DNA of 64,000 nt from Squalus acanthias (GCA_030390025.1 CM059449.1:33852001-33916000), one strand, 5' to 3'; shown: positions 1-12,511, counted from the first letter of the stretch. Program-made: numbers and translations. The notes: generated by a model not told the origin, from the letters alone.

Positions 1-153
1 ATTCTGCAATGTGATTGGCTGCTTAGACAGCTTGTTGATGTCACAGCAGCATCACACACGGGATTCCCACCACAGAGCGCTGAAATCACTTGAACGTTGG
101 AAAAAGCAAACTTTCCGCCACAGAGATCGCGAGAATTTCGCAAATTCTGGTCC
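1..153. mobile_element. Right end of a Harbinger-type non-autonomous element cut by the window start
   Basis: Ends in the TIR-like aattctggtcc (143-153). The preceding gcgagaatttcgcaaattctgg resembles 36467-36491. Confidence 0.4.
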
Positions 154-1541
154 ATCGTGTTTCTGATAAATATCTCAAAATACTTCGAGAACAATTAGTC
201 GGAGACAGTGAGTGTCTTGTACAGCTTAGAATATCACAATCAGCCTGGGCAGCTGTTGGGATGAGATAATACGCAGCAGCAACCTTGGGTTAGTGAGGGA
301 CAAATCAATCTGGACTCCATCTTTTAATAGAAATAAGCATCTGTGAATTTCTGATGAGGTCTGGATTGGCCTGAACTAGCCTCTTGCCGTTCAATAACCA
401 AAGACTGTTCTCAAATTTAGACAGACGCCTGGGCAATGTCGGAATAGAGTGTCATCTTTACATAAAGTGGTTAATTACTTCTTGGCTGCGCAAACTTTGA
501 GAATGAACCTTGAGGTTGGAATCAGCTATCACAACAGCAGCTTCAGACTGGCTGGAAGAAAATTTAATGAAGCAGTGATTCGAAGGAGTTCGATTGAGTT
601 TAAAACAACACATCATCCTATAACTGTAATTTTGTAATTCTCCACAGTTCCCCATTATTTTATTTAAGTCCTGTGCATTTATTCGTTGTATAACGTATCC
701 TGTGTATTTATAAAACCTGCTGCAATCAATTTAATGTAAAATAAAACTCGAGCAAAGATGAAGTTAAAGTCATAGATATGATTTATCCAATCAAAAAATA
801 ATTGTCGTCAAATGAATTTCAACCGAAATTAATCTAGGCTAATCCATTTTTACTTGAAAGTGTATAAGGACAATTTTCAAACATTATCCCTGAAGGCACA
901 GAAGTTTCCCAATCTCTGCCATTGTTGCCTCAAGTGATAATCTACGTGGGTTGACCCACACATTTCCTTCCAACAGCTCCCTCCACCGTGCCTTACATTT
1001 CATAACATTCTGTGACGAAATCCCCAATGCCACATTCTCAGCAATGGGTGGAGTTTGGTTTTAAGCTGCTTAGTTGAATACCTCACTTGTAGAAAGGCAG
1101 GAAAGTGTAGAAAGGCATTTAAAGAACACAAATAATATTTACAAACTTTACTTTTAGCTTCCTCATTATATCTAAGAAGGAAAACAAATGTTAAACATTA
1201 GGAGCAGTTGAATGCCTTGACATCCAGAAATGTCTTGTTGTAAAAATGATGATATGAGTTTAACCACCGATTATAAACCGCGCTCAATTTCCCTTTCTAT
1301 TGAACTCAGTCGAAGAGGAAAGTGGGCGGTCCTGTGATGGGCGACCAAGTCGATACCGTCCATTTTACACCATCGCCCAGAGTAAAATTACTCCCTGTAT
1401 TATAATGCAGCTGTTGAAATTTCACTTCATCACACCGCACATATAAAGGAAGACGGCCTTCAGCTGCAGCACAAATCGATAATACATGTTATCTTTGCTC
1501 ATCTGTGTGCAATATTGCATCCGCATTAGGGAAAAGAGAAT

Positions 1542-2305
1542 GGCCCAAAAATTCGGCTGAATACGGGAGAGTACGAAATGTGTACTCTCGCGTATTCGGT
1601 CCCGAAGTGCAGGTTTCCTGTATGCACTGCGCATGCGCGGGAAACCGGCACTTCCGGTATGGCGATGGGGGCGGTTCCTAAGTGAACCGCGTGCGCACGA
1701 CAGGCTGTGCGCACGCAGCACACTTAGGTTTTTTTTCAGGTTTCAACGCGAAGGTAAGTATGGAATATTTTACACATGAAGAAAGGAGGCGTAAGTCCCC
1801 CTTTTAACAAGGTAAGTATTTAATTAAGTATTATTTTAAATTTTGTTCAACAAGTTTATCTTTTTTAGAGACTTTAAAGAAAGGTAAGTTTATTTTTATA
1901 ACATTTAAAAAGAATTTAAATTTTTTCAAAAATTTAAATTTTTGTTTAAAGTGGATAATTTATTTAACTATAGTTATTTTATTAATGTGATGGGTATTTA
2001 AAAAAATTATTTGAGGTTTAGCTGTTCTTTTGGGGGCAATTTGTATTCATAGTTTTGACAGTTCTCCTGTCAAATCTATGAATGTAAGATGGTGTGCTGC
2101 CATTGGCTCTAACTGGCCCACGTGATCCCAGAGGTCGCATCGAATTAACTGCGCCTCTGGGACACGCACACACTGCGCGCCGGCACCAGGGAGAGAGCCA
2201 GGAACTGAAGTTCGTGTGGGCCAAAACCATAAAGGTAGGCGCGGAGTGCGATATCGCGGGGGATCCTTACCCCCGCGGCAACCATCGAACTCCAATTTCT
2301 GGGCT
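1542..2305 (+). mobile_element. Harbinger-type MITE, ~760 bp structured family (copy 1)
   Basis: TIRs ggcccaaaaatt / aatttctgggct, GC-rich ends and an AT-rich core. Colinear with the copies at 8235, 18418, 26355 and 43832. Confidence 0.85.
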
Positions 2306-2316
2306 CAGAACACATA

Positions 2317-2550
2317 AAACTTGCCTTTACATAGCGCCTTTGACGTAGATAAAACATCCAAAACACTTGACAGAGGCTTAAAGGAAAATAAAAGGCAGGA
2401 GCCACAGAAGGAGATATTCAGAGGATTGTAGAAATGTTTCATCGATGTGGTGGGTTTTAAAGTGGGTTTTACAGGAGGAGGGGGAAGTAGAGAGAATGAA
2501 AGGATTGAGAGAATCCATTCCAGAGCGTGGGCTGTGGTCAGCCTGAGACA
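2317..2550 (-). mobile_element. L2-clade LINE 3' end fragment
   Basis: aacttgcctttacatagcgcctttgacgtag...; homologous to 17185-17420 and to the reverse complement of 10600-10757. Confidence 0.6.
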
Positions 2551-2810
2551 ATGGAAAGTAAAGTCAGGCGGGTGCAAAACGGGCAGTCCAACCAATTTCT
2601 GCACCGCCGGGTAGGTTAAAATCAGGGCTACCGGGCTATAACGATACAATCTAAAGAAATTCAGTTACCTCCATTTCACACCGAAGCTTTAATTGTAATT
2701 TATTGTGGTTATAGATTCAATACTGGAATATAATTCTCAATATTCGCAATTTAACAGTGAAACCAACAAGTCAGCTGTTGTATATTTTTACAGCTTAATA
2801 ATAATATTAT

Positions 2811-3320
2811 GGCCCAGAAATTATGCTCCCTGGCTTCCCGCGGGTGCAATGATCGCGCGCGCACCTAACTACCGCGCCTGCCGTTGACCTCTGGGCCGAC
2901 GGGGACTTCAGCTCCTGGGCGCCCTGCAGCTACTTTGAACAAAAATTAAAATTTTTGACAAAATTAAAAATAAACTTACCTTTCTTTAAAGTATCTAAAA
3001 AAGAAAAAACTGTTGAAAATGTTTTTAAATTGTAATTAATTAACACTTACCTTGTTAAAAACGGGTCTTGCGCCTCCTTTTTAAAATCGCAGCTTCTTCC
3101 ATACTTACCTTCCCGGAGAAACCTGAAAAAAAACCTAAGGTCACTGCGTGCGCGCAGCCTCTCCCGCGCACGCGGTTTACCTCTGAACCACTCCGTTCAT
3201 GAAAGCGGAAGTTCCGGTTTCCCGCGCATGCGCAGTGCATGCAGGAAACCGGCACTTCAGGTGGACTGACTGGTGAGTACACAGTGCGTACTCACCCGGC
3301 AAGTGCCTAATTTCTGGCCC
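2811..3320 (-). mobile_element. Harbinger-type MITE, internally deleted copy
   Basis: TIRs ggcccagaaatt / aatttctggccc. Carries the GAGTAC..GTACTC hairpin and three acttacct motifs. Confidence 0.8.
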
Positions 3321-3670
3321 ATATGAAATAACTTTGTCCAGTTGTGAATGAGAATAAAGACTCAAATGGACTGGACCTGTTTCTGGTTGGGGCGGATTTC
3401 ACTTCTTAAAAAAGGTAGTTACTTTAGGATATTCAAGGTCAGAGTGATCAACGGAACTAGTTTTGTTCGCCTAGATGAGTCGGGGAGTAATTTCTCAGAT
3501 TATTTTACCCAAATTAGCCTGTTTTTACCTGTTTTTTCGCCTGTACCATTAGATCATAAAGTCCCAGAAATTCGCTCTTCGGCTTGACGCGGCGGTAAGA
3601 ATCGCGCGCGATATTACCTACCGCGTCTGCCGTTCTGCTTTGCCCCCACAGGAACTTCGGATTTTTTGAA

Positions 3671-3791
3671 GCGCAGTCCCGGGCAGCGTCTGACGTCACA
3701 CCGCCCTGGAGCGCAGCGTGCGCGGAGCCTCCCGAGCGGAGGGCAGTGAAGACACGCCCTTCGAAGTAGCATTTGCATAGGCCACGCCCCC
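3671..3791 (+). promoter_or_regulatory. Putative inward promoter of the H1 Myb-like gene
   Basis: CRE tgacgtca (3671), octamer atttgcat (3771) and KLF/SP box ggccacgccccc. The CRE and GC box recur at the equivalent end of H2 (~31465-31570) and H4 (~39505-39605). Confidence 0.45.
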
Positions 3792-4058
3792 ATTTTTTTT
3801 TTCATGTTGGCAAGCTTTGGAAATAGCAAAACAGGATTTCCAGCATCTGTAGTATTTTGCTATCAAGAGTAATTTGTCTCTTTGTATTTAAATGCATGTT
3901 TTGCTAATTTTTACAAACTTTTAAAGACTTTTACATGAATTGGAAGAATTTTAAACAGTTTTAAAGAGATTTGAATTAATTTAAATAGTTTTAAAAGCCC
4001 TGAAAGCATTTTTTTCATTCAATTTATTTTATTTAATCAGCAAAGTGAAATCGCTGGA

Positions 4059-5529
4059 ATGAGCACAATTCACATTATCAAAAGAACTCACAATTTCAGT
4101 GACGATGATTTCAGCACACTCCTCAACGAGGTTGAGGCGAAGTGCCTGTGGATTATTGGAACTGAGAAGTCGAAGGCGCCGCGAAAAGGCCAGATGTTAG
4201 CCTGGTCTGAGGTTGCCCAGGCTGTCAGCGCAAATTCCACCATTCCACGGACAGCGGAACAATGCCGCAAGAAATTCAGTGATTTATTGCAAACTGTCAA
4301 GGTTTGTATAGTTATTACAAAAGTCAACTGTAAAATGTCTTTAAATTTAACTGAACTAGTTTAAAAAATATATATGTATGTGTTTGTTTACTCAAGTGAC
4401 TTCATTGCAGGCACAGGAGCTTGCCATAATTTTTTATGGCTTTTGGGGCCAGCTCAGGGTCATCCATTGTGCTCTTATCTTGATTCCACTGCTTTGAGTT
4501 GTTTAGTGAGTTAAACAAAACCACTGTCTGCAAAGCTGTGTCCCAATGCACTTTGGGTGTAATCTGCAGAAAAAGCTGACATTTCATGACATTTTATATT
4601 TTTTGTTTTCATTTTAGAGTAAAACTGCTCACAACGCCAGAGAACGTGCACTGACAGGCGGTGGTGTTGTCACGTTAAGGGCTTTATCCGAACATGAGGA
4701 AAGGGTCGAGCATCTGTTTGGATTTAGTAGCGGCTGCCCCTTTAATGGTGTACGAAGCAACACTGGTATGCATAACCGTGAGTTGCTCTGGCCAGCTATA
4801 TGTTTAAAAATGTTAGATGTGTGTTGAATATCAGCTTCTGTGATGTGGCACATTATGCTTTACCTTTGCAAATGTTTACTGTTTCCTTTCCACAAGTGTA
4901 CAGCAGACTTCTCACACACGGGATGAGCAGTGCGTTGAGTCTGCAGCCGCAGAGGGCATTGGGGAAGGCGTTGCTGAGGCAATGGGAGCAGTGAGTGAGG
5001 TGGTGGTGGTGGAGGAGCAGGAGCAACTTGTTGATGTAGTGGAAGAGGAGGGTATGGAATCTGGGTTGCTGGAGAGGTCCTCTCCATCTCCTGGCCCCTC
5101 TGGCTCTGTGCCAGACAGACACCAGCTTGATACTGCAGTGCATTGGGGAGAAGCAGATATACATGCAACAGAACAGAATGAGTTACAAGGTCAGATGCAG
5201 CATCTTGAAGGGTTGAGGGACTCGATGTGTTCTCTTACTGAGAAGAAAGTTGACTCTCTTGCCTCGATCAGGCAGGGAATTGATTCTATTGGCATGTCAC
5301 TTAATCAAATAAATGAGTCTGTCATTGGACTCTTGCAGAAACCAGATGTGGGAATGGCGCTTCATCAAATAAATGAGTCTCTCGTTGGACTCTTGCATAT
5401 GCTTAAACCACTTTCTGCTGCCATTACTTTGACTCCCGCAGAACCGCCCTTACCTGCTCCCAGCGCAGAAACAGTGCGGGCCCAAGAGCCAGCTGCTCCT
5501 GCAGTTGTGATGCAAGCAAACGTTGCCTT

Positions 5530-5561
<32 letters not shown>

Positions 5562-5668
5562 CCTGTCAGGAGGCAATTGCTGAAGGGCAAGAGATGGCAC
5601 ACAGGGCCCTTTCAAGTCGCAGCACAGGGCTCCGGTCACGGGGAGCGATAAAGCGCAGGAGACGGTAG
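4059..5668 (+). pseudogene. H1 Myb/SANT-like DNA-binding protein, ~387 aa; exons 4059-4301, 4618-4765, 4896-5668
   Basis: NFSDDD..W.EVAQAVS..RTAEQCRKKFSDL SANT/trihelix motif, TGGG motif in exon 2, acidic, coiled-coil and polyQ tail. The exon-3 acceptor reads AA where H2 has AG. Confidence 0.8.
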
Positions 5669-6176
5669 GGTGTCACCTTTTCCACAAAGCACATCCATTG
5701 ACCCTCAGGCACAGATGCGAGGGGGCAAATAGTTCAATTGTTTAATTTTTCGTTTTATTTAAATGTTAAATGATTTCATTGCTTTTTTATTGAAATATAT
5801 ATTTGTGACTGAAAGTGTATGTAACGTTTCATTTAAAAAGTATAGCCACTAGTCACTTTTCCTTTTGCAAAAAAAATTAACATTACAACTGTTTTAAATT
5901 TAGAAAATAGCTAGTTTCCATCTTGAATGTCTTTATTGCACTAAGAAAACAAAAATGTCACTGTAAACTGTTTACAAATTTTATTCTAAACTATTTATGT
6001 TTACGAATGTTTGAAAAGTAGAAAATAGCTAGTTAACATTTAAAAGTTATAAACTATGTACATCAACACTGAACCTCAGAAGTCTTTGATGCTGCAATAA
6101 AAGTTCACTGTTTCACTTTAAATTGTGTCTGTTCCTTTCTTTGCCTTGCTGGGGGAGGGGGAGGTACAAGGCGACC

Positions 6177-7324
6177 CTACCTGATGAAGGTGTTGGCTAC
6201 CAGCTGCTCCCGAGCAGCCTTACTTTCAGCTGCACTTGGCTCGTCCCTATCAGGCCTTCCCACAGGCACATTGGCATCGTCCACGTCCTCCATTTCAGCA
6301 GGTAGTTCCATGCAGCGTTAAGGGTCAGTCCTTCCCGCAGGGCAAAGTTATGCAAAGCACAACAGGCCACCACAATCTTTGCCACTTTCAGGGGAGAATA
6401 CTGCAAGGTCTTCCCTGACCTGTCCAGGCACCTGAAGCGTGATTTCCGAACTCCGATTGTCCTCTCCACCACGTGCCATGTGGGCACGTATGCCTAGTTG
6501 TATCTCTCCTGAGCCTCATTATTGGTCTTGCAGTAGGGAGTCAGCAGCCATGGTCTCAGCGGGTATCCCTTGTCGCCCAATATCCATGCGGATCCTGGAG
6601 GCAATGCGTTGAGGGCGCCATATAAGTTCGAGTTACGGAGGACGAAGGAGTCATGATTACTTCCCCGGTTACTTGCATTCACATTTAGGATCGTGGGGTG
6701 CGCATCGCAGACTATCATGACATTCAATGAATGAAACCCCTTCCTTTTGATGAATGTAACAGGTGCATCCACTGGTGCCTTCAATGCAACATGGGTTCCA
6801 TCGACGGCCCCAATCACTTTGGGGATTCTAGCAATGGTATAAAATGCAAGGCCCATCTCCTTTTGATGGCGAGTGGACAAGTCAAAGTTAATGAACTCTG
6901 AAGCCCTACGGAAAATGGCATCTGTGACCTGGTGAATGCAGGCCCTCGCAGCATTCTTGGAGATGTTGGTAATGTCACCGGTGCTTGCCTGAAATGACCC
7001 ACGTGCAAAGAAGTTCACTGCTGTGGTTACCTCCATGCTCACTGTCAAGGCAGTACGGGTCTTCGAGCGTGTTTGAAGGTCCTCCTTTAACATGTCATGT
7101 AGTCGGCCGATTGCCTCTTTACTGAAGCGCAGCCTCCTCACACAGAACTCCTCCAACAGCATCTCAAATGACAGCCTCTCCCTGTACACTCTCTGGGGTG
7201 GGTAGTATTTTCTCCTTCTCAGGAGGAGACGGTTTTGGTTCCTACGTCTGTCTTGTCGACTGGCGTCTAAAATTCTCTGATACAAAATCGCACAGAGGAC
7301 CAGGACAGCATTCTCAAAGGGCAT
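6177..7324 (-). pseudogene. H1 Harbinger DDE transposase (HARBI1-like), disabled
   Basis: Motifs [24 protein letters not shown] and VERTIG..K.RFRCL. Premature TAG at 6494-6496 and a frameshift near 6312. Confidence 0.92.
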
Positions 7325-8234
7325 GTTTCTCCCTCACAGGCTTCCTCTTTAAACACATTAAGTAGTTGTAAGGAAAAAATGGAAAGAGTTGTTAAAGTAA
7401 TTTTAATAAAGTGAGTGGCTAGAAAATCACGTCGGGCTATGGTGGGAAAGATGCGGTATCGGATTGGGAACACGTCTACCAGCCTGATGAATATCACGGC
7501 CCGAGATGAGTTTCCAAAACTGTGACATTTTCAGAAAGTCATACATACATACTTACTTAAAGGAATATAATTGATGATCATTTTCTTTTTTTTAAACTTT
7601 TGGAAATGTAAATAATTCATTTTTAAACAGTCATTTTCATATTTAAGAAAGAAAGCTAATTCAATAGGCCTTGTACACACCGAGAGTTGCTAGACTACTC
7701 CAAATGGTCAAAATCCGTTTTAATTTTTTTTTACAATTCCAAACTTTTTCAGACTTTATGAAATAAACTTTGCTGACTTTCAGAATTAAAAATGTTCACT
7801 TTAGTAGCCCCACTGCTGAAAGATTTCTTCTTCCTGCTCGTTACGGAGCTTTCCAAGATGGTTTACTCAAGCTTTTTACAAGCGTAGTTGCCGCGATCTT
7901 ACCCGCACTAAACCCATTCATAAAAATAGCGAAGTTCAATACGCACGCGCTGCCTCTCCGGCGCACGCGATTCACCTACGAACCCTTTCCTTCAGGCTAC
8001 CAGAAGTTCAGGTTTCCCGCGCATGCGCCGTGCATGCAGGAAACCGGCATTTCAGGATGCCTTACGGGTGAGTACACACCGCGTACTCACCCGAAAAGGG
8101 CCGAATTTCAGCCCCATTGTTTTGGCAGGGTGGAGAGTGCAAATATTGTGATACACTAGTATCACAATCGTGTGGGAAAGTCGAAATGGACCAGAACGTC
8201 TTCGCCTGTCCGTCATTGTTCGTTTGTTCATATT

Positions 8235-8996
8235 GGGCCAAAAATTCGGCCCTTGCCGGGTGAGTACGCACTGTATACTCACCCATAAGGCGTCCTGAAG
8301 TGCCGGTTTCCTGCATGCACTGCGCATGCGCGGAAAACCGGAACTTCCGCTCTGGTGAAGGGAGGTTCATAGGTGAACCGCGTGCACGGCAGAGGCTGCC
8401 CGCACGCAGCAAACTTAGTTTTTTTTTCAGGTTTCTACGGGAGGGTAAGTATTGAAGAACCTGCGCTTTTAAAAAGGAGGCGCAGGACCCGTTTTCAACA
8501 AGGTAAATAGTTAATTAATTACAATTGAAACATTTTTTCAACAGGTTTATCTTTTTTAGATACTTTAAAGAAAGGTAAGTTTATTTTTAGCACTGTTAAA
8601 AAGTATTTTAATTTTTTCAAAAATTTTAATTTTTGTTTAAAGTAGTTAATTTATTTAACTTGTAGTTATTTTATAAATGTGATGGTTTTTTAAAATGTAT
8701 TTTAAGTTTAGCTGTTCTTTTGGGGCCGATTTCAATTCATAGATTTGACAGGTCTTCCTGTCGAATCTATGAATGAAAGTTGGTCTGCTGCCATTGGCTC
8801 TCCATGGCCGACGTGATCCTAGAGGATGCATCGCACTAACTACGCCCCTGGGATACGCAAGCACTGTGCGCCGGCACTTGCAGCAGGCCCAGGAGCTGAC
8901 GTTCCCGTGGGCCCAGAGGTCAACGGCAGGCGCATTAGGTAAGTGCGCGCACAATCCTTACCCCCACGGCAAGCCGGAGAGGCGAATTTCAGGGCC
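8235..8996 (+). mobile_element. Harbinger-type MITE, structured family
   Basis: TIRs gggccaaaaattcg / cgaatttcagggcc, flanks att/atg, same hairpin series as copy 1. Confidence 0.85.
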
Positions 8997-9686
8997 ATGA
9001 TCTGAATGAAAGTGGAAGTCACAGCACCTACTTCCAATATCTCTCAATGCAGCAAGTTGTATGGAAGGTTAGGAGACGTATCTTAAATTGCTAGGGACAT
9101 TGATGAGACCGAGATACATCGAAGATGGTTGAAATTCCAAAACAAGGTAATATTTGGGAAGTTTGGACTGCATGCTGTTGAAGATGAACTCCTGGAACAA
9201 GAGCTCTCAGTTTCTTTTTCGGTTGAGCATTGAGGAAAATACAATATCCCCAGGCATAACCTACCCTTCATACAACCAATATCAACCAGTAGTGCCCAGT
9301 CTTGCCCGACGTAGCGATAGACTGGAGATGGGCCTACACCTGAATAAAGAGAACATTAGGCATGTCAGCCCTGTGCTTATTGTGGCCAACAAATAATCAC
9401 CTGGAGGCACTTAGTAAATGAAGCAAAGGCACAAGATGTACAAGTCACGCTACAACACTAAACTCACACCCAGTATTAATAATAACGTCAAAATCAGACA
9501 AAGTCCACTGCTATTAGATCAGTTAGTTTTTCATAATCTTCCACATATACTTCCATCACTCCAGATATCACTAAAAGAATAGACATGTCGTGACCGGAGG
9601 GTGATTTGCACCAAATGGTAACAAAAGAGGATTAGCTATAAAAAAACAGATTTACCAAACACCGTTCGCAAAGACAAAGAGAAATG

Positions 9687-9872
9687 GCGGGGGAGAAATT
9701 CAACTTCGGCGGGGACACAAAACGTGCGGAAGAGGATCGGCCGTCAGTTATGCACCCTGTCCGATTTTCCTTTCCAGTGATGTCAATCAAAAAACAAAGT
9801 CAAACGGGGTGTAGAGCGGCCGGTAGTCCCTGTACCACCCACTTTGTGCCAAACACAGTGGAAATTAACCGC
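9687..9872. mobile_element. Old short palindromic MITE (~180 bp family)
   Basis: Starts ggggagaaattcaac, has a central ttccagtgatgtcaat-type palindrome and imperfect inverted arms. Confidence 0.5.
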
Positions 9873-10109
9873 TATAAACTTCTGAAATAAAGAAGCAGCA
9901 TTTGCCAGCCTACAATGGGACCTGGATAACATTCAGATATACGAGTGCAAGGGGAAGGCAACATATGTGCCACGTACATGAAACAAGAGAAAGACCAGCC
10001 ACCCTCTGCTGACCTTGAATAATGCGACCATCACTGAGTCCTCCTTTATACACATCCGGGGCGTTAGAATTGATCAGAGGGTGAATTGGAATGACATATT
10101 TACACCGTG

Positions 10110-11170
10110 GGTACAAGAGCAAGACAGAGTGTATATCCTGAAATGAGTTGTCTATCTCCTAACTTCTCAATGCCTCGCTACCATCTGTAATGCATAATTC
10201 ATGAGTTTGATGGAACGCTCACCTCTCCTGGCCGGCCTCCTATCTACCATACAACATAAACTTAAGCTCATCCAAGACTCTGCTTCCCGTATCATCACTT
10301 GCACCTGGTCCCGTGCACCCACCACCAATCTGCTCGCAGACCGACAATGACTCCTGGTTCCACAATGTCTCCATTATCATATTCTCATCCTTGTGTTGAA
10401 ATCCCTCCCCGACCTCCCTATCGCTGTAACTTCCCCCAGCCCTACAACTCTCCGCGATCTTTGTCCTCCTCCAATTCTGGCCCATTGTGCATCCCCATTT
10501 TAATCGCTTCACCATTGGCGGCCCTGCCTTCAGCTGCCCAGGCCCTCAGCTCTGTAATTCCTTCCCTAAACCTCTATGCCTCTCCTCCTCACTCTCCTCT
10601 TTTAAAACGCTCCTTAAAACCTAGCTCGTTGACGAAACCTTTAGTCCTCTCTCCTAATTTCTCCTTATGTCAAACCTTTTTCTTAACACTCCTGTAAAGC
10701 GCCTGGTTTTACAATATTGAAGGCGCTGTAACACACGTTTTTGTTAATGTTGTTGTTGCCTGGATGGGTGCAGCTGTAATCACACTCAAGCCGAGCTACA
10801 CCATCCAGGACAGAGCTGTTCCATTTTTGCCTCTGTCATTGGACCCAATATCCACCCCTCCACCATTAGCGCCCTGTTGCTGCAGTGTATAGGATCTATG
10901 GGATGCATTGCAACAACTTACCAAGGTTACTAAGACAGCACCATTATTCCATTCAACCTCAGCCTCCAAGAGGAGCAATAGCATCAACGTTGTTAGAACC
11001 CATCAACTTCACGAGCCACCTCCAAGTCACACGTTATTATGATTTGGACGTATATCAGAATTCCAGAATTCCCTTCCTCATCCCATTGTGGGCGCACCAT
11101 CACCAGGGATTTCAGAGGTCCAAGAACCACCACCTCCTCAATACAGCAAGAGATAGTCAATATGTGCAGC
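10110..11170 (+). mobile_element. Non-LTR retrotransposon 3' region (same family as 56170-57000), interrupted by an L2 fragment
   Basis: 10110-10228 joined to 10758-11170 aligns continuously with 56395-56990. Confidence 0.6.
10229..10757 (+). mobile_element. L2-clade LINE 3' fragment nested in another LINE
   Basis: KLKLIQDSASRI-like ORF2 tail, aagcgcc..gaaggcgc 3' end and (gtt)n tail. Confidence 0.7.
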
Positions 11171-12511
11171 TTTACCCGAATTGCCCACATCTCAAGAAAT
11201 GCAAAGAGAACGTGTACTGCAGCACCTATCCCTCATATATTTCAAACTTTCACCTAGCGATGTAAAGGACCGGTTGAAAAGAATGCACTGAAACTAACGC
11301 AATATTAAACCTATTGCCTGTGCCTCCAGCTCCATTGAGCAGAGCGAGTGACAGTTCATCAGGGCTTGTCTTGCTAATTCCAAGTTCATAGTACAGGACT
11401 TTATATGTACTGAGCTGACTGTCCAGCGAATGAGGATTGAGGCATTTGTACCTCACTGCAGTAATATTCGGGCCTCCCTCCATTCAGCGCTATATATTTG
11501 TGTAAGAGCAGCTCACTGTGTTGCAGGGGTTACATGGACAGCAATACACTATCCATCTATTCTTCTAATGGATTTAACTCTGCGCCTTTAACCCTCGCAG
11601 TGTCCAACCACAAGTGTAACACGGGCGCTGTAATTTGTAGCAGGCAGCGGTGCAACGCTGGTGACTGTGAATTGGCGGCCCGGTTCACACTCTGCTCCAT
11701 TTCCTTTCCCGCCGAAATCAACGGGAAAGAAAAGCAAGTGGATTATAAATTGCGGTGCTGATTTGCTATCACCTGGTTTGCGCTGCTGCTCAGGACGGAT
11801 TTCAGCCCAGTCAGTGTAATAGACTTGTCTTCAGATCTCGGGCCTTTCACCGCGAGCAGCGCGCCTGGTAAATTCGAGTTGCAGGAGTTGCCGCTTTATT
11901 CCACGCATTTATTTTAATGGAGAGGGGATCAGGCAGAGCTCATGCCCGATTTTACACAAGGCATTCCCGACAGTCAGCTCCTACTCCCCAATTTTGATGG
12001 AGTAATGTTGGAAAAATGACTTCCATGATACCTCATGGTGCTTATTGGAGGATATTGGAAGAAGAATTAAAGACAAGTACCTAGATAAAACGAAGAAGTG
12101 CTAATATAGCATCAATGGGCACACCTATGTCATTAAACTCTTCAATACATCTTTGAAAATATGTGACATGCTTTGCTTGTGAGTCTTGTACAGCAAAGAT
12201 CTGCACCAATACTGCACAAAGACACTTCCTAAAATAGTTTATTTTCTACATAAATCAATGTCAAATGCTAGCCTTTAATATTCTTGCTATGCTGCTGATA
12301 CCTGTGAATGTGAAACAGTCCCCTCCTCTCTGGTGATTAGAGTAAGGGCAGCTACCTAACCTGTTTGTTCAATGACTGGGACTAATGTCAGTAATTGGGT
12401 AACCGGATTGCCCCCCATGGGCTCTCACTCAGGGATAAAACAGTGGTTGCTGAGAAGTCATTTCATCTATTTCTCAATCAGAGCAGCCGGTAAGATCACA
12501 GCTCCTAGAAA

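Larger units (their letters stand above)
3561..8115. mobile_element. PIF/Harbinger transposon H1 (Myb/SANT-like gene on +, transposase on -, convergent), defective
   Basis: Degenerate TIRs gtcccagaaattcg / cgaatttcagcccc and two convergent genes. Colinear (inverted) with 27110-31697. Confidence 0.9.

Noticed and set aside
1422-2405. Short ORFs recurring in MITE copies (e.g. RESTHCVLSR, PEVPVSRACAVH)
   Set aside because: They vary in frame, strand and length between copies and are by-products of GC-rich palindromes.
6177-7324. Host HARBI1 or NAIF1 genes
   Set aside because: These ORFs are multi-copy, TIR-flanked and disrupted, so they are transposon genes rather than the domesticated loci.
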